A DNA stretch of 56,644 nt from an uncultured Desulfobacterales bacterium (GCA_964578585.1 CAZODM010000003.1:1-56644), one strand, 5' to 3'. Positions 40,690 to 50,580 are shown, counted from the first letter of the stretch. Made by a program: numbers and translations. The notes: generated from the letters alone by a model not told the origin.

Positions 40690-40924
40690 GGGCTGACTTC
40701 TCCCTTTCTTTTTACTTTTTGTTTATATAGTTACAGCAAAAGAATATATACTTGGTTTTAGTCCAGTTAGACTAATCCCGCATCTTAATTACTGCAAGCT
40801 CTTATGCCAAGTATTTTGTTATATTTTTGAATAAAAAAATCCATCCAAAAGCCATAAATAAGAAAAAAATAATAAAGGTATTTGAAGTTAATATTTAGCT
40901 TGAAGGATCTATAGGATACTTATT

Positions 40925-41635
40925 TTATAGTACTTTTTCATGCTTACTTATCATTAATTGATATGGAAAATCTTGGCTAATTTTAATCTTTTTATCTTTT
41001 GCGAGTTCTAATACAGCCAAAAAGCTAGCTATAGCTATATCCTTTTTAGGAGGTATTATATTTAATAGATTGATAGAATTACTGGTAGTTAATCTTTTTA
41101 AGATGAATTTTATTTGTTCATTGATTGTTATTTTACTTTTTTTAACAGGAGGGGCTATTGCTGGACGATTCCTCCTTATAACTGATTGTAAGGCTTTTAT
41201 TATTTTATATGGATTAGAAATTTTAATAATAGATCTAAATTGAGGCCTTTGATTTTTGTTTTGAGTTTGTAGAAATACATCCCTACCTAATATTGGTTGC
41301 TCATTTAGACTTGAAGCTATTTTTTTAATGACTATAAATTCTTTTAAAGGTTTTACTATTTCAAGGCGTGGGTCCTCATCTTCTTTTGAATTATTATCAA
41401 GTTGGGGTATTAGGATTTTTGATTTTATATGACATAGTGTAGCTGCAATAAATAAATATTCACCTGCAACTACTATGTTTAAGGCTTTCATAATTTCTAA
41501 GTATTCTAAGTACTGAGCTGTTACCAAAGAGATTGGCAGATCTGTTATATCAAGTTTATTTTTATTTATAAGGTGTAAGAGTAGGTCTAGTGGGCCTTTA
41601 AATATCTCTAATTTTATTTCACATGTAGGATTCAT
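40925..41635 (-). CDS. scpA: Segregation and condensation protein A
   Basis: 236 aa; FKGPLDLLLHLINKNKLDITDLPISLVTAQYLEYL is the canonical ScpA N-terminus. Confidence 0.85.
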   Translation of the reverse strand: MNPTCEIKLEIFKGPLDLLLHLINKNKLDITDLPISLVTAQYLEYLEIMKALNIVVAGEYLFIAATLCHIKSKILIPQLDNNSKEDEDPRLEIVKPLKEFIVIKKIASSLNEQPILGRDVFLQTQNKNQRPQFRSIIKISNPYKIIKALQSVIRRNRPAIAPPVKKSKITINEQIKFILKRLTTSNSINLLNIIPPKKDIAIASFLAVLELAKDKKIKISQDFPYQLMISKHEKVL

Positions 41636-41802
41636 GACACATAACTATCTTCAGAGTATATCTTAGGAGATATAATTAACATCTTAGCTTATAAAAAGCT
41701 ACTTAATTTAAGGCAGATGTAGTAGTTTATGTCTTGTTGCATTTTTAAGTTTTTGTTAAAACAAGGACTGTTTTAAAAAATCAAGTAATAGGAGTTGGCC
41801 AG

Positions 41803-43854
41803 ATGGCTAAAAAGGTAAAAAAGAAAAAGATCGACAGGATTAGAAATATTGGAATCATTGCCCATATAGACGCAGGCAAAACTACATTAACAGAACGCAT
41901 TCTTTACTATACTGGTAAAACCCACAAAATAGGTGAGGTCCACGATGGACAGGCTACTATGGATTGGATGCCAGAGGAGCAAGAAAGAGGCATTACCATA
42001 ACCTCTGCAGTTACTACATGTTTTTGGAAAGACTATGAAATACATATTATAGATACTCCAGGGCATGTAGATTTTACAATAGAGGTGGCACGTTCTCTTA
42101 GGGTATTAGATGGGGCTATTGGTGTCTTTTGTGCTGTTGGTGGAGTAGAGCCTCAGTCTGAGACAGTATGGCACCATGCAGATAAGTACCATGTACCTAA
42201 GATGGCATTTATAAACAAGATGGATCGTCTTGGTGCAGATTTTTGGGCTACAATTGAACAGATGAAGGAAAAGCTAGGGGCAAACCCATTAATACTTACC
42301 CTACCTTATGGTTCGGAAGATGAATTTAAAGGTGTTTTTGATGTTATAAAAAAGGTTTGGATTAAATGGGATGAAGAAAGCCAGGGACGTCTTTTTGAAG
42401 AGCTTCCCATACCAGAAGATCATTTAGAGGAAGTTGAAAAGGCAAGAGAGAATCTTTTAGAGGCATTGTCTGAATTTGATGATGAACTTATGGAAAAATA
42501 TCTTTCAGATGAGCCAATCAGTGAAAAAGAGATCCATAAAGCAATAAGAAGTGCATGTATAGGATTAAAGGGGGTACCTGTTTATTGTGGTTCTGCTCTT
42601 AAAAATAAAGGTGTTCAGCCATTATTAGATGGTATTGTGAGATATCTTCCAAGTCCTGTAGATATTCCTGCTGTGACAGGAGAAAATCCCAAAACAGGTG
42701 AGATTGAAGAACGTCCTGCATCTGATAAGGCCCCTCTTTGTGCCCTTGCGTTTAAGATCCAGATGGATCAGGGGCGCAGGCTAACTTATGTTCGTATTTA
42801 TTCTGGTGTTTTAGCTGCGGGAGCAGAAGTTTATAATCCAGGTAAAAATATTAAAGAGCGTATTGCAAGGCTACTTCAGATGCATGCAAACAAAAGAGAA
42901 AGGATTCAAGAGGCAGGGGCAGGAAATATTGTAGCAGTAATGGGGCTTAAAAATACTGGTACAGGGGATACTCTTTGTGATTTTGAGCATCCAATACTCC
43001 TTGAACCAATAGAAACATATAAGCCAGTTATTTCTGTTGCTGTTGAACCAAAGACAGCAGGAGATCAAGAGAAAATAGATTTTGCACTTAATAAACTTGC
43101 AGAAGAAGATCCTACCTTCCAGGTACGTATGGATGAAGAAACTGGCCAGACTATTATTTCTGGCATGGGAGAATTACATCTAGAAGTATTAGTACATAGA
43201 TTAAAAAGAGAATTTAATGCACCAGTATCAGTTGGAAAACCACAGGTTGTTTATAGGGAGGCAATTCTTAAGGAAGCAGAAGCAACAGCTAAATTTGATA
43301 GAGAAGTAGCTGGTTCAAGACAGGTGGCTACAGTTACTTTAAAAGTTGCTCCACGAGATAAGGGAAGTGGTAATGTAGTAATTTCTAAATTAGAGGAAGG
43401 TAAGTTGCCTGATACAATGATACCTCATATTGTAGAGGTATTAAAACAGAGTCTTGAGAGCGGGGTTGTAGGTGGATATCCGATGATAGATACAGAAGTA
43501 GCTATATTAGATGCTATTTATGAAGAAGGGCTTTCTACAGAGATAGCATTTAGAGCTGCTGCATCTATGGCATTTCGAAAGGCATGTGAACAGGCTGATC
43601 CTGTTTTAATGGAACCTGTTATGAGTCTTGAGGTTATTGTGCCAGAGAATTTTTTAGGAGATGTTATTGGCGATTTAAATAGCAGAGGAGGGCGTGTTTC
43701 TCAAATTGAGCCAAGAGGACCTGTACAGGTTATAAAGGCAACAGTACCTCTTTCTAGGATGTTTGGATACTCTACTACGTTAAGATCGATGACCCAGGGA
43801 AGAGGTACTTTTACTATGGTATTTTCTCATTATGAGCCAACAGGTAATGGTTAG
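41803..43854 (+). CDS. fusA: Elongation factor G (stand-alone copy, not in an rpsL-rpsG-fusA-tuf context)
   Basis: 683 aa; G motifs [18 protein letters not shown]; domains II-V recognisable. Confidence 0.93.
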   Translation: MAKKVKKKKIDRIRNIGIIAHIDAGKTTLTERILYYTGKTHKIGEVHDGQATMDWMPEEQERGITITSAVTTCFWKDYEIHIIDTPGHVDFTIEVARSLRVLDGAIGVFCAVGGVEPQSETVWHHADKYHVPKMAFINKMDRLGADFWATIEQMKEKLGANPLILTLPYGSEDEFKGVFDVIKKVWIKWDEESQGRLFEELPIPEDHLEEVEKARENLLEALSEFDDELMEKYLSDEPISEKEIHKAIRSACIGLKGVPVYCGSALKNKGVQPLLDGIVRYLPSPVDIPAVTGENPKTGEIEERPASDKAPLCALAFKIQMDQGRRLTYVRIYSGVLAAGAEVYNPGKNIKERIARLLQMHANKRERIQEAGAGNIVAVMGLKNTGTGDTLCDFEHPILLEPIETYKPVISVAVEPKTAGDQEKIDFALNKLAEEDPTFQVRMDEETGQTIISGMGELHLEVLVHRLKREFNAPVSVGKPQVVYREAILKEAEATAKFDREVAGSRQVATVTLKVAPRDKGSGNVVISKLEEGKLPDTMIPHIVEVLKQSLESGVVGGYPMIDTEVAILDAIYEEGLSTEIAFRAAASMAFRKACEQADPVLMEPVMSLEVIVPENFLGDVIGDLNSRGGRVSQIEPRGPVQVIKATVPLSRMFGYSTTLRSMTQGRGTFTMVFSHYEPTGNG

Positions 43855-44003
43855 TGCGAAATAGATTAAAATGATTAAATTTTTATATCAAACTAGTTGA
43901 CAATTATATAATTTTATTACACAAGAGACTTAAAGTTTAATTTTTATATTCGGTTGGGGGACTTATAAAACAACTTGAAAGCTATTTAAGGGGGCATATT
44001 AAA

Positions 44004-44495
44004 ATGGGTGTGAAGAAAGAGAGAATTTTAAAGAGAGATTGGGTGAATTTTTTAGAGGAGTTTAATCGGGATAATAAGTTTAAAGCTACTGTTATTAGAC
44101 TTAAAGATCAAGCACTAGAGCAGGAGTGGGGTAAGCCGTTTATAGGTATTACTTATGATCCTGATGAGAGAGTAGCCAAAATATATTTAGGGGTACCTCA
44201 ACCGGATAATCCTATTAAGCTTGTTTATGAAGTTAAGGTCCCAAGAGCTTTTTGGCAGATTGTAGATAGTGAGGATACAACCAAGATATTAGGGGTTCAG
44301 ATACAGCCCAAACCAGGGGATCCGATGGTATATGTTACCTTTGAAGATATTGATTCTGAGGAAGTAAAGAGAAGGTGGCTTCAAGAGATGGCCTATGCAC
44401 TTTATCTAAAGCGCGGGATGGAGCATGGTAAAGATCAAGAAGATTGGTTTACAGCAGAATCTATAGTAGAAGAGGCAGTAAGTAATTTTTCATAA
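44004..44495 (+). CDS. Hypothetical protein with a C-terminal DUF2934-like segment
   Basis: 163 aa; C-terminal YALYLKRGMEHGKDQEDWFTAE matches the DUF2934 pattern; the N-terminal part resembles DUF5335. Confidence 0.5.
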   Translation: MGVKKERILKRDWVNFLEEFNRDNKFKATVIRLKDQALEQEWGKPFIGITYDPDERVAKIYLGVPQPDNPIKLVYEVKVPRAFWQIVDSEDTTKILGVQIQPKPGDPMVYVTFEDIDSEEVKRRWLQEMAYALYLKRGMEHGKDQEDWFTAESIVEEAVSNFS

Positions 44496-44742
44496 GGTTA
44501 AGTTATGTTGAGATTTTTTGATTAAGAATCAATAACTGAATTTTGGTTCAGTAAAGAGCCTGTGCTTTAAACTTAACATAAGAGTAAGATGTTAGAAATA
44601 TTAGTAAATTGTTATATGTGTATTTAGTTAGAAAAAAATTAATTAGCATGCTTGACAAAAATTTTAGCTTATAGTAAGAGAAGTGAATAAATTGAGACAT
44701 TGGTATTAATAGGCAGCTAACTAATTCTAGAAGGAGGGCCAT

Positions 44743-45063
44743 ATGGCAACTGTTGAGTACAAGGGAAAGACTTTTGAGGTTGATGAAGACGGTTTCTTAG
44801 CCAAGGGTATGGAAGAGTGGTGCCCTGAATGGGTTGAGTATGTTAAAGAGCTTGAGGGTATCACAGAGTTGACCGATGACCATTGGAAGATCATCAACAC
44901 ATTACAGGATTATTACAAGAAGAATGGAATTGCTCCTATGGTTAGAATTCTTTCTAAGACCACAGGGTATCCGCTCAAGAAAATTTACGAGCTCTTCCCC
45001 TCTGGACCGGGTAAGGGAGCTTGTAAGATGGCAGGATTACCAAAACCCACTGGCTGCGTCTAA
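44743..45063 (+). CDS. dsrC: DsrC (TusE/DsrC/DsvC family) with both redox-active C-terminal cysteines
   Basis: 106 aa; C-terminus ...ACKMAGLPKPTGCV (Cys-X10-Cys-Val) is the bona fide DsrC arm; RBS GAAGGAGG upstream. Confidence 0.9.
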   Translation: MATVEYKGKTFEVDEDGFLAKGMEEWCPEWVEYVKELEGITELTDDHWKIINTLQDYYKKNGIAPMVRILSKTTGYPLKKIYELFPSGPGKGACKMAGLPKPTGCV

Positions 45064-45114
45064 ACTGTCGCAATGCGCTTTTAGCGCATAAAAAGGACAG
45101 GGTAGATTTTTTAT

Positions 45115-45150
45115 GCCCTTACCAATAAGGTGAGGGCTTTTTTATTTTTT
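45115..45150 (+). terminator. Rho-independent terminator after dsrC
   Basis: GCCCTTACC (45115-45123) pairs with GGTGAGGGC (45129-45137, one G-U pair), then TTTTTTATTTTTT; a second 7-bp hairpin lies at 45073-45089. Confidence 0.85.
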
Positions 45151-45209
45151 AGTCTATTTATCGAAAAAAATGTTTAACATCTTAAAGGAAAAATTGCTAA
45201 AATCAGATT

Positions 45210-45971
45210 ATGAAATTGGCTATTGGTGGTAAAGGTGGAGTAGGTAAAACGACAATTTGTGCCCATATTATAAAAGAACTGTCTATGCGTGGACGCAGTG
45301 TATTAGCTATTGATGCTGATCCTAGTCCACATTTAGGTAGATTGTTGGGTTTTTCTGGATTAGATAGTATTACCCCCATTGCTGAAATGAAAGATCTTCT
45401 TCAAGAGCGCTCAGAAAAAAATGGTCCATTCTATAAAATAAATCCCAAAGTAGATGACCTACCAGATAGATTTATGCTTGAGCAATATGGCATAAAACTT
45501 ATGGTATTAGGAAGTATTCAGCAAGCAGGGGTAGGATGTGCGTGTGCTGATAATGCAGTTCTGCGTAGCCTGTTAAATTTACTTCTTCTTTCTCCTAATG
45601 AAGATATAGTATTAGATATGGAAGCAGGTGTCGAATACTTAGGTAGAGGCACTATTGTAGGAGTAGATTATTTTTTAGTTGTTGTACAACCCTATAGAGG
45701 TAGTATTGAGACTGCTATAAAGATATTGCGTCTATCAAAAGAGTTAAAACTTTCGAATGTACTTTTTATTGCAAATCAAGTAGTTACAAAAGATGATATT
45801 GATTTTATCTCTAATTCTTTAGGACAACTGCCTATTGTTTCCTACCCGGATGTTAATGACATCAAACTATTTGAGAGAAAATCCAAGCCTGTATGGCTTG
45901 CTTCAAAGGAATTTCAAAAGGTTACTAAAGAATTAATAGATAAATTAATAACAGGAGAAGTTTCTGGATGA
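45210..45971 (+). CDS. CooC-type (MinD/SIMIBI class) metallochaperone ATPase
   Basis: 253 aa; deviant Walker A GGKGGVGKTT; metal-binding CxC motif (GVGCACADN); no CODH/ACS genes in the window. Confidence 0.8.
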   Translation: MKLAIGGKGGVGKTTICAHIIKELSMRGRSVLAIDADPSPHLGRLLGFSGLDSITPIAEMKDLLQERSEKNGPFYKINPKVDDLPDRFMLEQYGIKLMVLGSIQQAGVGCACADNAVLRSLLNLLLLSPNEDIVLDMEAGVEYLGRGTIVGVDYFLVVVQPYRGSIETAIKILRLSKELKLSNVLFIANQVVTKDDIDFISNSLGQLPIVSYPDVNDIKLFERKSKPVWLASKEFQKVTKELIDKLITGEVSG

Positions 45972-46765
45972 AAAATACAGATGTCTTTAGTGTTGATCTG
46001 GCAGATGTGCAAAATCGTCCAGATAATAGAAATATCCCTCTGAAAAAAGTAGGCATAAAGAATATTCGATATCCCATAGTTGTATTAGACAAAGAAAAGG
46101 GTACACAGCGTACTGTTGCAAGTATCAATATGTATGTAAATTTGCCTCACAACTTTAAAGGTACTCATATGAGTCGTTTTGTAGAGATATTGAATCAGTA
46201 TAGAAGGCAAATAAATATCCGCACTATGGAAGCCATCTTAACAGAGATGAAAACAAGGCTTGACGCACAAGAGGCACATCTTGAAGTAAGTTTTCCTTAC
46301 TTTATCGAAAAGAAGGCACCAGTTACGAAGTCTCCTGGCCTTATGGAGTATCAGTGCGCAATTCATGGAAGTCTCTCTAAAAAATTAGATATAATGCTTG
46401 TTGTAAATGTACCTATTACAACTGTATGCCCTTGTTCAAAAGAGATTTCAGATTATGGTGCTCATAATCAAAGAGGAGAGGTAAGGGTGAAGATTCGTTT
46501 TACAGGTTTCTTGTGGTTAGAGGATGTAATTTCTGCTGTAGAAAGCTCTGCATCTTGTGACATATATTCTGTACTTAAGCGTCCAGATGAGAAATATGTA
46601 ACAGAAAAGGCCTTTGATAGACCAATGTTTGTTGAAGATGTTGTAAGAGCAACATGTCTTGAGCTTAAAAGGCTTTCAGGTATTAAATGGGCATGTGTAG
46701 AAGCTGAAAATTTTGAGTCAATCCATAATCACTCTGCTTATGCATATGCAGAAGTAGAATTCTAG
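45968..46765 (+). CDS. folE2: GTP cyclohydrolase FolE2/MptA (GCYH-IB)
   Basis: 265 aa; DVQNRPDNRNIPLKKVGIKNIRYP, GTHMSRF, VCPCSKEIS, HNQRG motifs; ATG overlaps the cooC-like stop (ATGA at 45968-45971). Confidence 0.9.
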   Translation: MKNTDVFSVDLADVQNRPDNRNIPLKKVGIKNIRYPIVVLDKEKGTQRTVASINMYVNLPHNFKGTHMSRFVEILNQYRRQINIRTMEAILTEMKTRLDAQEAHLEVSFPYFIEKKAPVTKSPGLMEYQCAIHGSLSKKLDIMLVVNVPITTVCPCSKEISDYGAHNQRGEVRVKIRFTGFLWLEDVISAVESSASCDIYSVLKRPDEKYVTEKAFDRPMFVEDVVRATCLELKRLSGIKWACVEAENFESIHNHSAYAYAEVEF

Positions 46766-47457
46766 TGAATATTTTCACTATTTTTAATTAGTGCCTCTGC
46801 TAGTAACAGATCATCTTGAGTAGTAATTTTTAAGTTTTTTCTACTTCCTTGAACAATACCAACAGCTACTCCAATAGCTTCTAACATAGATGCTTCATCA
46901 GTTACTTCTATACCTACTTCTTTTACATAAGAAATTGCCTTTAATAAATCTTCTCTTTTACAAACCTGAGGTGTTTGCGCCCTAAATAATTTATCCCTCT
47001 CTAAAGTTTTTAGTATAATTCCATTTTCATCTACTTCTTTTATAGTATCGTAGATAGGAAGGGCAAGGATAGCAGCCCCTATCTCTCTTGCCATTAGACA
47101 TACCTGTTCTACTTCTGAGGGGCTTACAAGCGGTCTTGCTGCATCATGTACTGCTACCCACTTTGTGTCTGTTTTACAAGCATTAACTGCTAATTCTACA
47201 GATTCTTGTCTTAACGCTCCACCTTCTATAACCTTTATTGGTAACTTTTTTTTAAATGGATTGGCTATCTTTTCAACTTCAGAAAGGGCTTGGGGAGGAC
47301 CAGCTATTACTATATCATCTATGAGAGGGCATGAGGCTATTGCCTTTATACTCCAGAAAAGTATAGGTTTTCCTGCTAATTCTACGAATTGTTTTGGAGT
47401 AGTTGCTCCAAATCTTTTACCTATACCTGCTGCTGCAATGATTGCCGTAACTTTCAT
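46762..47457 (-). CDS. ispD: 2-C-methyl-D-erythritol 4-phosphate cytidylyltransferase
   Basis: 231 aa; N-terminus AIIAAAGIGKRFG; VAVHDAARP motif. Confidence 0.92.
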   Translation of the reverse strand: MKVTAIIAAAGIGKRFGATTPKQFVELAGKPILFWSIKAIASCPLIDDIVIAGPPQALSEVEKIANPFKKKLPIKVIEGGALRQESVELAVNACKTDTKWVAVHDAARPLVSPSEVEQVCLMAREIGAAILALPIYDTIKEVDENGIILKTLERDKLFRAQTPQVCKREDLLKAISYVKEVGIEVTDEASMLEAIGVAVGIVQGSRKNLKITTQDDLLLAEALIKNSENIH

Positions 47458-47460
47458 CTT

Positions 47461-48858
47461 TTAAACTGTGAATTCTCCAGGAAATAATTTCCCTGGATTC
47501 ATAATATTGTTTGGATCAACCTCTTTTTTTATCTTATACATTAATTTTATTATATCGTCTCCTAGTTCCTTTTTAATAAAGGACTTTTTGGTAAGCCCTA
47601 CTCCATGTTCTCCTGAGATAGTTCCCTCTAATGACAGGGTAGTTTCCATTAATTCATATATAAACTTTTTAGCATTTTTAAATTGAGTCTTATCATGTTT
47701 ATTTAGTAATAAATTTACATGAAGGTTGCCATCTCCTGCATGTCCGAATACTAGAGACAAGATATTATATTTTTTAGCTAGACTATGTACAATAGTAACC
47801 ATATCTGATATGTTTGATCTAGGTACACAAATATCTTCACTAATCTTGTGAGGAAATCCAAATCTTTTAAGTGCAGGAGACAGTCCTCTTCTAGCCTGCC
47901 AAAGTTTTTGAGTTTCTGTTTTATTTTGGGCAATGTAAGAGAGCAGGGCTCTATTTGATTTACAGCATGATTTTATAAGTTGGGCCTCAAACTCTGTACC
48001 TTGAGGATCGCTCCCATCTACTTCTATAAGAATTAATGCTCTAGCTTCACTTGGTACAGAAAATGGTAGCTGTTCTTTTATACAACAAAGCGAGAGATGA
48101 TCTATTAATTCCGCACACTTAGGCCTTATGCCAGATGTAAGTATACAAGTTATTGCATCACAAGCTAGGTTTATATTTGAAAATACAGATACAATAGTCT
48201 TTATATAAGATGGTTTAGGTATGAGTTTTAAATAGATAGAAGTAATGATTCCTAGGGTCCCTTCAGAGCCAACAAAGAGCTTTGTTAAATCGTATCCAAC
48301 AACTCCTTTTGCTGTTTTAACACCTAAATTTATTATCTTTGAATTTGGCAGAACTACTTCTAGCCCAAGTACATAGTCTTTTGTAACACCATATTTTACT
48401 CCACTAGGTCCACCTGCACATGTAGATACATTGCCACCTATTGTACAAAATTTAAGGCTTGCTGGATCTGGTGGATAAAATAGTCCATATTTTTCAACCT
48501 CTGTTTGAATATCTTTAGTTATAACCCCTGGCTCCACTTCTGCTAAGAGATTTGTAGAGGAGATCTTTTTTATTTGATTCATCTTAGATACACATATTAC
48601 AAGTCCACCTTTTACAGGCACGGCTGAACCTGTGGTAGCCGTGCCTGCTCCTCTTGCAACAATTGGTATATGTTCTTGTTGGGCAATAAGTAATATTTCA
48701 GAAATTTGTTTTTTATCTGTAGGAAGTGCTACAGCATCTGGAACCACACTTATAGTACTTGCATCATAGCTATAGCATAAAAGGTCTGCTTCGTCTGTAA
48801 GTAAATTCTTAGCTCCTAATATAGATTTTAGTTTTTTTAGGACACTTTTTTTAAGCAT
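47461..48858 (-). CDS. FAD-linked oxidase (GlcD / D-lactate dehydrogenase-like)
   Basis: 465 aa; FAD_binding_4 N-domain (IPIVARGAGTATTGSAVP); C-terminal GEHGVGLTK motif. Confidence 0.85.
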   Translation of the reverse strand: MLKKSVLKKLKSILGAKNLLTDEADLLCYSYDASTISVVPDAVALPTDKKQISEILLIAQQEHIPIVARGAGTATTGSAVPVKGGLVICVSKMNQIKKISSTNLLAEVEPGVITKDIQTEVEKYGLFYPPDPASLKFCTIGGNVSTCAGGPSGVKYGVTKDYVLGLEVVLPNSKIINLGVKTAKGVVGYDLTKLFVGSEGTLGIITSIYLKLIPKPSYIKTIVSVFSNINLACDAITCILTSGIRPKCAELIDHLSLCCIKEQLPFSVPSEARALILIEVDGSDPQGTEFEAQLIKSCCKSNRALLSYIAQNKTETQKLWQARRGLSPALKRFGFPHKISEDICVPRSNISDMVTIVHSLAKKYNILSLVFGHAGDGNLHVNLLLNKHDKTQFKNAKKFIYELMETTLSLEGTISGEHGVGLTKKSFIKKELGDDIIKLMYKIKKEVDPNNIMNPGKLFPGEFTV

Positions 48859-50186
48859 TAATCTTGCCAGATTTGTCCTTCAAGCCTATCCATTAAAAAT
48901 TTAATTTGATTTTTTAATTGCTTAGATTCTTCAATTTGTTTTGATATCCTTTTTACTGAATGTATTACTGTAGCATGATCTCTATTAAATTTTTTCCCAA
49001 TGGTTTCTAATGAAGCTTCAGTATAGTGTCTAGCAAGATACATTGCTACCTGTCTTGGCCAAGCTATAGTTCTTTTTCTAGACTTTGATTTTAATTCTTC
49101 TTGGGTGACCTTAAAGTGTCTACATATAAGTCGAGTAATGTCATCTAGAGTGATAACCCTGTCTTCTCCTACTAGATCTTTTATGACCTCCTTAGCAAGT
49201 TCCATATTAACAGATTCATTTAATAAATTAGCTTTTGCTAAAAGTCCTATAATAGCAGATTCAATCTGTCTTATATCTCCTCTTAGATGTTCTGCGAGGT
49301 AATTAAGTATATCTTCTTCTAATTCTAATCCTTGAGACCTTGCCTTTCGTTCCAATATCTTTTTTCTAGTAGAAAAACCAGGAGGATTTATAGATATTAT
49401 TAAACCAGAAGAGAGTCGTGAGCGAAGTTGAGAGTTTACATTAGGTATTTCTCTTGGCAGTCTATTTGATGTAAAGAGTACAGTCTTTCCATAATCTACA
49501 AGTGCATCTATGGCGGTTGCTAATTCACTTTGTGTTCTATCTCTTCCTGAAAAACAATGAACTTCTTCAAGCATAAAGACTTCACATTCTTGTTTATAAC
49601 GTTTCTTTAATCTATCTAGTTGTCCAGTTTTAATCGCCTTTACTATTTGAGAGGTAAATTCATTAGCAGTTACATAAATAATTCTAACTTTAGGTTTTCT
49701 TTTAAGTAGATGATTCCCAACTGCTTGGGTAAGGTGACTTTTGCCAAGTCCTGTCGAGCTCTGTATGTAGACAACCTTGCTATGATTTGTCTCTTCATTG
49801 GCAAGTGCCCAACAAGCCGCGTGTGCAAAGCGATTGCAATTACCAACTACAAATTCTTCAAAGGTAAATCTTGAGCAGAGTTTGGGGTGGATTAACTGGG
49901 TTGGAGAAAATTTTGGTAGATGGAGCTGCCTTTTTGCTTCTGCTGTAGGCACCTCTACTGGTATAAATTTTATTGTGAGATTTATTCCTTGCCCCTCAAG
50001 GTCATCTTTTATAAGCGGTAAGTAATTATCCCGTACCCATGTGGCAAAAAATTGATTAGGACAACTTAAGAAGAGGGTATTATTTTCATACCCTTGATAT
50101 ATTAGAGGTTCAATCCATACCTCAAAGCTGTCTGATGATAGTTTATATCTTAATAGCTCTTTTATTTTTTCCCAGAGCTGTTCCAT
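48858..50186 (-). CDS. dnaA: Chromosomal replication initiator protein DnaA
   Basis: 442 aa; Walker A SSTGLGKSHL; box VII/VIII; C-terminal DNA-binding DHATVIHS. Confidence 0.96.
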   Translation of the reverse strand: MEQLWEKIKELLRYKLSSDSFEVWIEPLIYQGYENNTLFLSCPNQFFATWVRDNYLPLIKDDLEGQGINLTIKFIPVEVPTAEAKRQLHLPKFSPTQLIHPKLCSRFTFEEFVVGNCNRFAHAACWALANEETNHSKVVYIQSSTGLGKSHLTQAVGNHLLKRKPKVRIIYVTANEFTSQIVKAIKTGQLDRLKKRYKQECEVFMLEEVHCFSGRDRTQSELATAIDALVDYGKTVLFTSNRLPREIPNVNSQLRSRLSSGLIISINPPGFSTRKKILERKARSQGLELEEDILNYLAEHLRGDIRQIESAIIGLLAKANLLNESVNMELAKEVIKDLVGEDRVITLDDITRLICRHFKVTQEELKSKSRKRTIAWPRQVAMYLARHYTEASLETIGKKFNRDHATVIHSVKRISKQIEESKQLKNQIKFLMDRLEGQIWQD

Positions 50187-50542
50187 TTTTATAATCCCCC
50201 TTCAAGGACAATATACACGGCTTTATAAAAAATGTTTTTATTTTTTAGAAAAAACTATAAAGAATCCTGGATCATTAACCGATTAATTTTAGTAAAAGAT
50301 CCTAGATTCAAAAAAGTTCCTCCTTACATCTCCCCGTTGAGGATTGCCTAAATTCTTAACTGATATATGAGGGGTATGTCAAAGCTGAGAATCAGTGGTT
50401 TTCTTTAAAAACTAAAATTAGTAATCAACAGGTTAAAAACTCTCTATTTTCCCGCTATATTTCTAAGAAAAAACTATAACATACGGATATCTCGGGGATT
50501 TTAGTCTCGTTATTTTTTTACATATTCAAGGAAAGTTAAATA

Positions 50543-50563
50543 TTTTCAACAAGTTTTCAACAA
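50543..50563 (+). repeat. Two helically phased copies of TTTTCAACAA (degenerate DnaA-box-like, 7/9 to TTATCCACA)
   Basis: Identical 10-mers at 50543-50552 and 50554-50563 (11-bp period). Confidence 0.35.
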
Positions 50564-50580
50564 ATATTTCAATTTATTCT

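Noticed and set aside
40793-40809. Sigma-54-like element TGGCATAAGAGCTTGCA on the minus strand, about 105-120 nt upstream of gltB
   Set aside because: The GG-to-GC spacing is 11 nt, not the strictly conserved 10 nt of -24/-12 promoters. One extra base normally abolishes function, so I did not call it a feature.
44876-45091. 71-aa ORF overlapping dsrC in another frame
   Set aside because: The dsrC frame ends in the diagnostic CX10CV motif and has a strong RBS. The alternate frame has neither.
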